A stretch of 64,000 bases of DNA from Eutreptiella sp. 'Long Island Sound 2002' (Eukaryota > Protista > Euglenida). Made by a program: the position numbers and the translations under genes. Location: assembly GCA_964036045.1 (NCBI GenBank), contig OZ038379.1, forward strand, positions 4,774,001-4,838,000, in the 5' to 3' direction. Under the pieces are notes generated by a model. That model worked only from the letters and a program-made list of their open reading frames with translations, did no database searches and had not been told where the DNA came from. This document shows, one piece after another, positions 60,316-64,000 of the stretch (the stretch's first letter is position 1; every line of letters starts with the position of its first letter).

Positions 60316-61639
60316 CTCCTCATCACAGTTCAACCAATATTGCTTTCAATCTTCGTGCATGCGCTATAAGAATGCTCCTTCATTTGGTGTGAAAGGCTTC
60401 GTAACCCATATGCGTTATTTCTCTTGCCGATCCTTCCTCACTGCTGAAGGTCATTGGGAGACACCAACCGCCAAGCGCGGAGTACTCAATAAACGAGCAA
60501 TGCCTGTCAGGTAATTTGTGGGTAATTTGCACCAAAACGGAAAGTGTGGTTGCTGGAATGCTTTGTTGAGACCCTACTAATCCAAATTACTTCCGTTTTC
60601 ACAAATAACCTCCTCATCTTGACCTGGGCTCAAGCATGTGGGCCAGGTCAAAAGAATTGTGTTTTTGGTCAAACAACAAACAACACAATGGTTGGACCTG
60701 GACAGCTCGAAACCGTGGTTCTGAGAAGTTCTCTTGAGTGCCATACAGTGAGCAGGCTGTGCCAGCTGACCTTGGTCTGGACCAAAAAGAAAGAAGAGAG
60801 AATTCCTTTTTCAAAAGGGAACTGCTGTGGGATTATGTAAGCTGTTTTGATTGCTCCTTGCTCTTGGGGCCCTGAGACAGCAAAGGTTGTGTACCCCTGT
60901 GTATGACAATATGAACTGAGAGAGATTGAATCAACCCACTGCAGTGGGGCATTTGGCACGCACAACCCAGAACTGCCGTAGAGCGGACAAGAGAATCGAT
61001 AGAGGCGAAAAAATCATCCCCTGCCGTGGGGCAATTGGCAATTGGCATGCAGTGGCACTCACATACACACTGGCTTGCACGCACCCCCGGTTCGCACACA
61101 CACACCACACGCACGCACTGCTGCTGCTGCTGCTGTTGTTGTCTTTGGGAACAGGTATCGCACAGGGGACCCATAATCCAACCAACAAGAAAAGCGGCAT
61201 GCTTATGTCCAACTTTTGTATAGTTGAACTCATATGGTCTGATAGACGCAATCATGTTTCAGGACCTCGCATCATCGGTGATATCCACTTTATCCTTCAG
61301 TTGGACTTCACGCACAAGTAGCGCATCAGAAGTCATAGATTGGGGGAGGGGGGTCAGTGCTATGGAGACCAGCAAGCTCACACTGCACCATACTTTCTAT
61401 GTACGGCTGTGTCTTCACCAAAGCAGGTGTAGTGCTGTTGTCAAAGATTTTCACAGGGCTGTATTGAATATTTGAACGCTTTTTATCAGAGAACGTAAAC
61501 ATTGAGCATTGATTGAATTAACAATTAATTCAACACTTGAATAGATTACCAATTGCGCGATTGTGGAGGGTACCGCGTCCTTCGTCTCATCCACGGTCCC
61601 TCTCCTTCAGCCTGGCGTGCATGTGAGTGGGCACGCCAC

Positions 61640-61928
61640 ATGGCCAACGCCCCCACGACACACGAGATGCCAAAGGGGCTTCTCCGCATGCCCTCAATGG
61701 GCATCTGCCCACCGTCTCCCCTGTGCGCTGCCGTGGACGGCCCGAAGGTGCGCCCCCGCCCCGGCCCCCACTACGTCCACTGCACGGACCATCAGTCGCC
61801 GTTCACGCTGCGCATCATCACCGGCAACAGCCACCCGGAGCTCGCGGAGGACGTGGCCGCGCTCGTGGGCTACGAGATGCGGAGGACCGAGGATGGAAGC
61901 CTGTGCACGCCGAAGGTGTTCGCCAACG
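61640..61928 (+). CDS. PRPS: Ribose-phosphate pyrophosphokinase (PRPP synthetase), first visible exon
   Basis: LRIITGNSHPELAEDVAALVG...KVFANG matches the PRPS N-terminal motif (I-x-S/T-G-N-S-x-P-E-L-A...F-x-D/N-G). Donor AACG|GTATGC and GC3-rich codons. The start codon is uncertain and no later exon was found in the window. Confidence 0.85.
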
Positions 61929-64000
61929 GTATGCCTGTCAGTGTTAGCCCCCCCCCCCCCTTTTGGGGCCAGAGAATAAAGATGCACTCATGCCTGACTG
62001 TGGAGTGCATTACCTCTGGTTTGCATTTGTCTGTTTTTTAATTAGGTCACACCCCCCTTTTGGGGCCAGTCACTTGTGGTGGTGCCAGAGGGTGGTTGGA
62101 CCGCCCCCAGCGCGTTGCGGCCCCCACCCCCGGCCCCCCTCGACGTCGACCCTGAACCTGATGCGTTCCCGGCCCAGCAGCAGGGCATCAGTACTGTGAA
62201 CAGTTGTATGCTGCATTCAGTTGTGAACCTCGCATTTTGAGCAGAGGTTGTAATGTAATGAGATCACCCCCCCCCCCCCCCAGTGATGTGTTGGAACGGC
62301 CGTACACCGTAGGAGGAGGGGGGGTGTACCCCCCCCTGGACCCCCCTCGCCCCCCCTCCTCCCCTTCCAATGTTTGAGGCTGACAGCCAAAATTTTGCTT
62401 CGAAGAGGATTTAAGGCCAAAAATTTTCAGCCCGCCTTCGGCAGGGACCATAGGGGGTCCTTAGGAGGAGGGGGGTCCCGGCCAAACCCCCCTCCCCCAG
62501 ACCACTCTCCCAGAAGGTCGGTCGAGACATCAGAGCACATGGCTCCTGCACCCAAGGTCCCGGTTCGAATCCCAAGATTCGAGGGTCCCCTCCCTGACCG
62601 GCACCCACTCAAGAACCCCTGGTTGAGAGTCCGGGCCCGGGGTCTGACCGATGGTTGGACGCACGTCATGCGCCAGAGTGCCGGCGAGCGGTCCTCAGGA
62701 CTCATCGCGGGGATGTGCTTAGTGCTTGTCCCACCCTAGATGGGGGCACGCATATGGGGGCGCGTAAACGGCGGCGTGTGGATGGGGGCTGGTATATCGG
62801 GGCGTAGATGGGGGTGCGCAAATGGGGACATGTAGATGGGGGCGGGTAGATTGGGGCTCGTAGATGGGGGCACATAGATCGGGGCGGGTATATGGGGGTA
62901 TACAGATGTGTCCATCTCTGACCACTCGCTCGTGCTCATTTGGTTAAGGTGGAGAACTGGGGGCCATGCTGCCCCCCGACCCACACCACAACCCACGGTT
63001 GCACGTTGGTACATGCCGCATTTCAAGAAATTTCACCGCACACATGTCTAACATGGTGCCCCACCAATTGGTCCCCCCTTTGATTCAGGCAGGTCTATGG
63101 GTAGGAAGCCCCCCATACGGGGGGGGGGGGTGGCGAGGGCAGAAAAATATTGTTGTGCAGACCACCCTCCACTCCAATGTGCCAAAATCCTTCAAACCCC
63201 GAAACCCCCGCAGCGATGGATTGGCCGCAATCAAGCTGACAACCCACCCGGAGTGTCATGCAACGGTGGCCCATCTGAAGCACCCACCCGGGGCCGCGTG
63301 CTCCCGCCCGTCAGATGGATGTTCGATTTTTACTGTGCTTGTCGGAGGACAACGGGATTTGGGCAACCACCCGAACCCAGAAGAGTTTCCTCCAGCGGGA
63401 ACTGCAAATTTTGAAGAGAGAGAAAAATATTCAGGGGCCCATTTTAGCCCCCCCCCCCCCAAAACCAAAAAAAACGATCACCCAAAATCCCCGAACCGTC
63501 GCCTCCCGATGTTCCAACAACGGCGCTGTCTACGCGCGCCCTGAGAAGACACGAGCGGTGGCGCTACCCCAGTGCCCGGGCCATGTCTGATGACCTGCAC
63601 GCCTGGACCACCGGACAAGCGGCATCACGTGGCTGGGCAGCGGTTGGCACCCCCGAAATACCATCCCCAAGCCCCAAATCACCGGAAAAACTTGGTCTTC
63701 ACAGACGACCAGCCGATGCACCCGCGAGATGCCACGGTTCGAAAAGTTGCGGCAACAACGCCTCGTCTTGTTCTGAGAGAGGGGGGGGGGGGGTGCATCA
63801 GAACCAGACATGCCACTAGCGTTTGGCAGGGAAAGTGTTTCTCGGTAGCCATCGGCCCCGTATCAAAGGCCACTCAGTAATACCCGCCCCCTGCACCACC
63901 GGAACTCAGTGGGAACGTGCTGCGTCCAGCGTGTGGCTCAGTAGGACCCTCCACCTGATCATGTCTGAGCTGGCAGACGCTAGTGGCAAGTCCGATCGGG

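Noticed and set aside
61929-64000. Second PRPS exon
   Set aside because: I found no phase-1 acceptor followed by a GE-x-x-V-x-I…SVRG-like peptide; it presumably lies beyond the window.

Overview
Intron-rich eukaryotic (protist-like) nuclear DNA, not prokaryotic; a euglenid origin is only a low-confidence guess. (1) 1064-19511 is a homogeneous tandem satellite of about 21.7 monomers of 849-850 bp. It is CpG-depleted and decays into older, longer monomers at 19512-20272. (2) I traced 20 exons of a UDP-glucose:glycoprotein glucosyltransferase (UGGT) gene on the + strand by hand (20485-53868). All 19 introns are GT-AG and phase-consistent, giving about 1185 aa including the GT24 catalytic domain. 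The N-terminal part lies upstream of the window, so the satellite probably sits inside a UGGT intron. (3) Introns and intergenic DNA hold a GC-rich 63/61-bp minisatellite, small inverted-repeat elements, 41-bp and ~102-bp arrays, a decayed Ty3/Gypsy integrase region and microsatellites. (4) The first visible exon of a PRPP synthetase gene lies at 61640-61928. The strongest unexpected signals are the 5' splice-site consensus G|GTNTG with A never at +4 (0/20 donors), and the intronic satellite with its preserved ancestral edge, higher-order structure and possible origin from a decayed Cys-rich gene. Most ORFs in the supplied track are artefacts of repeats.
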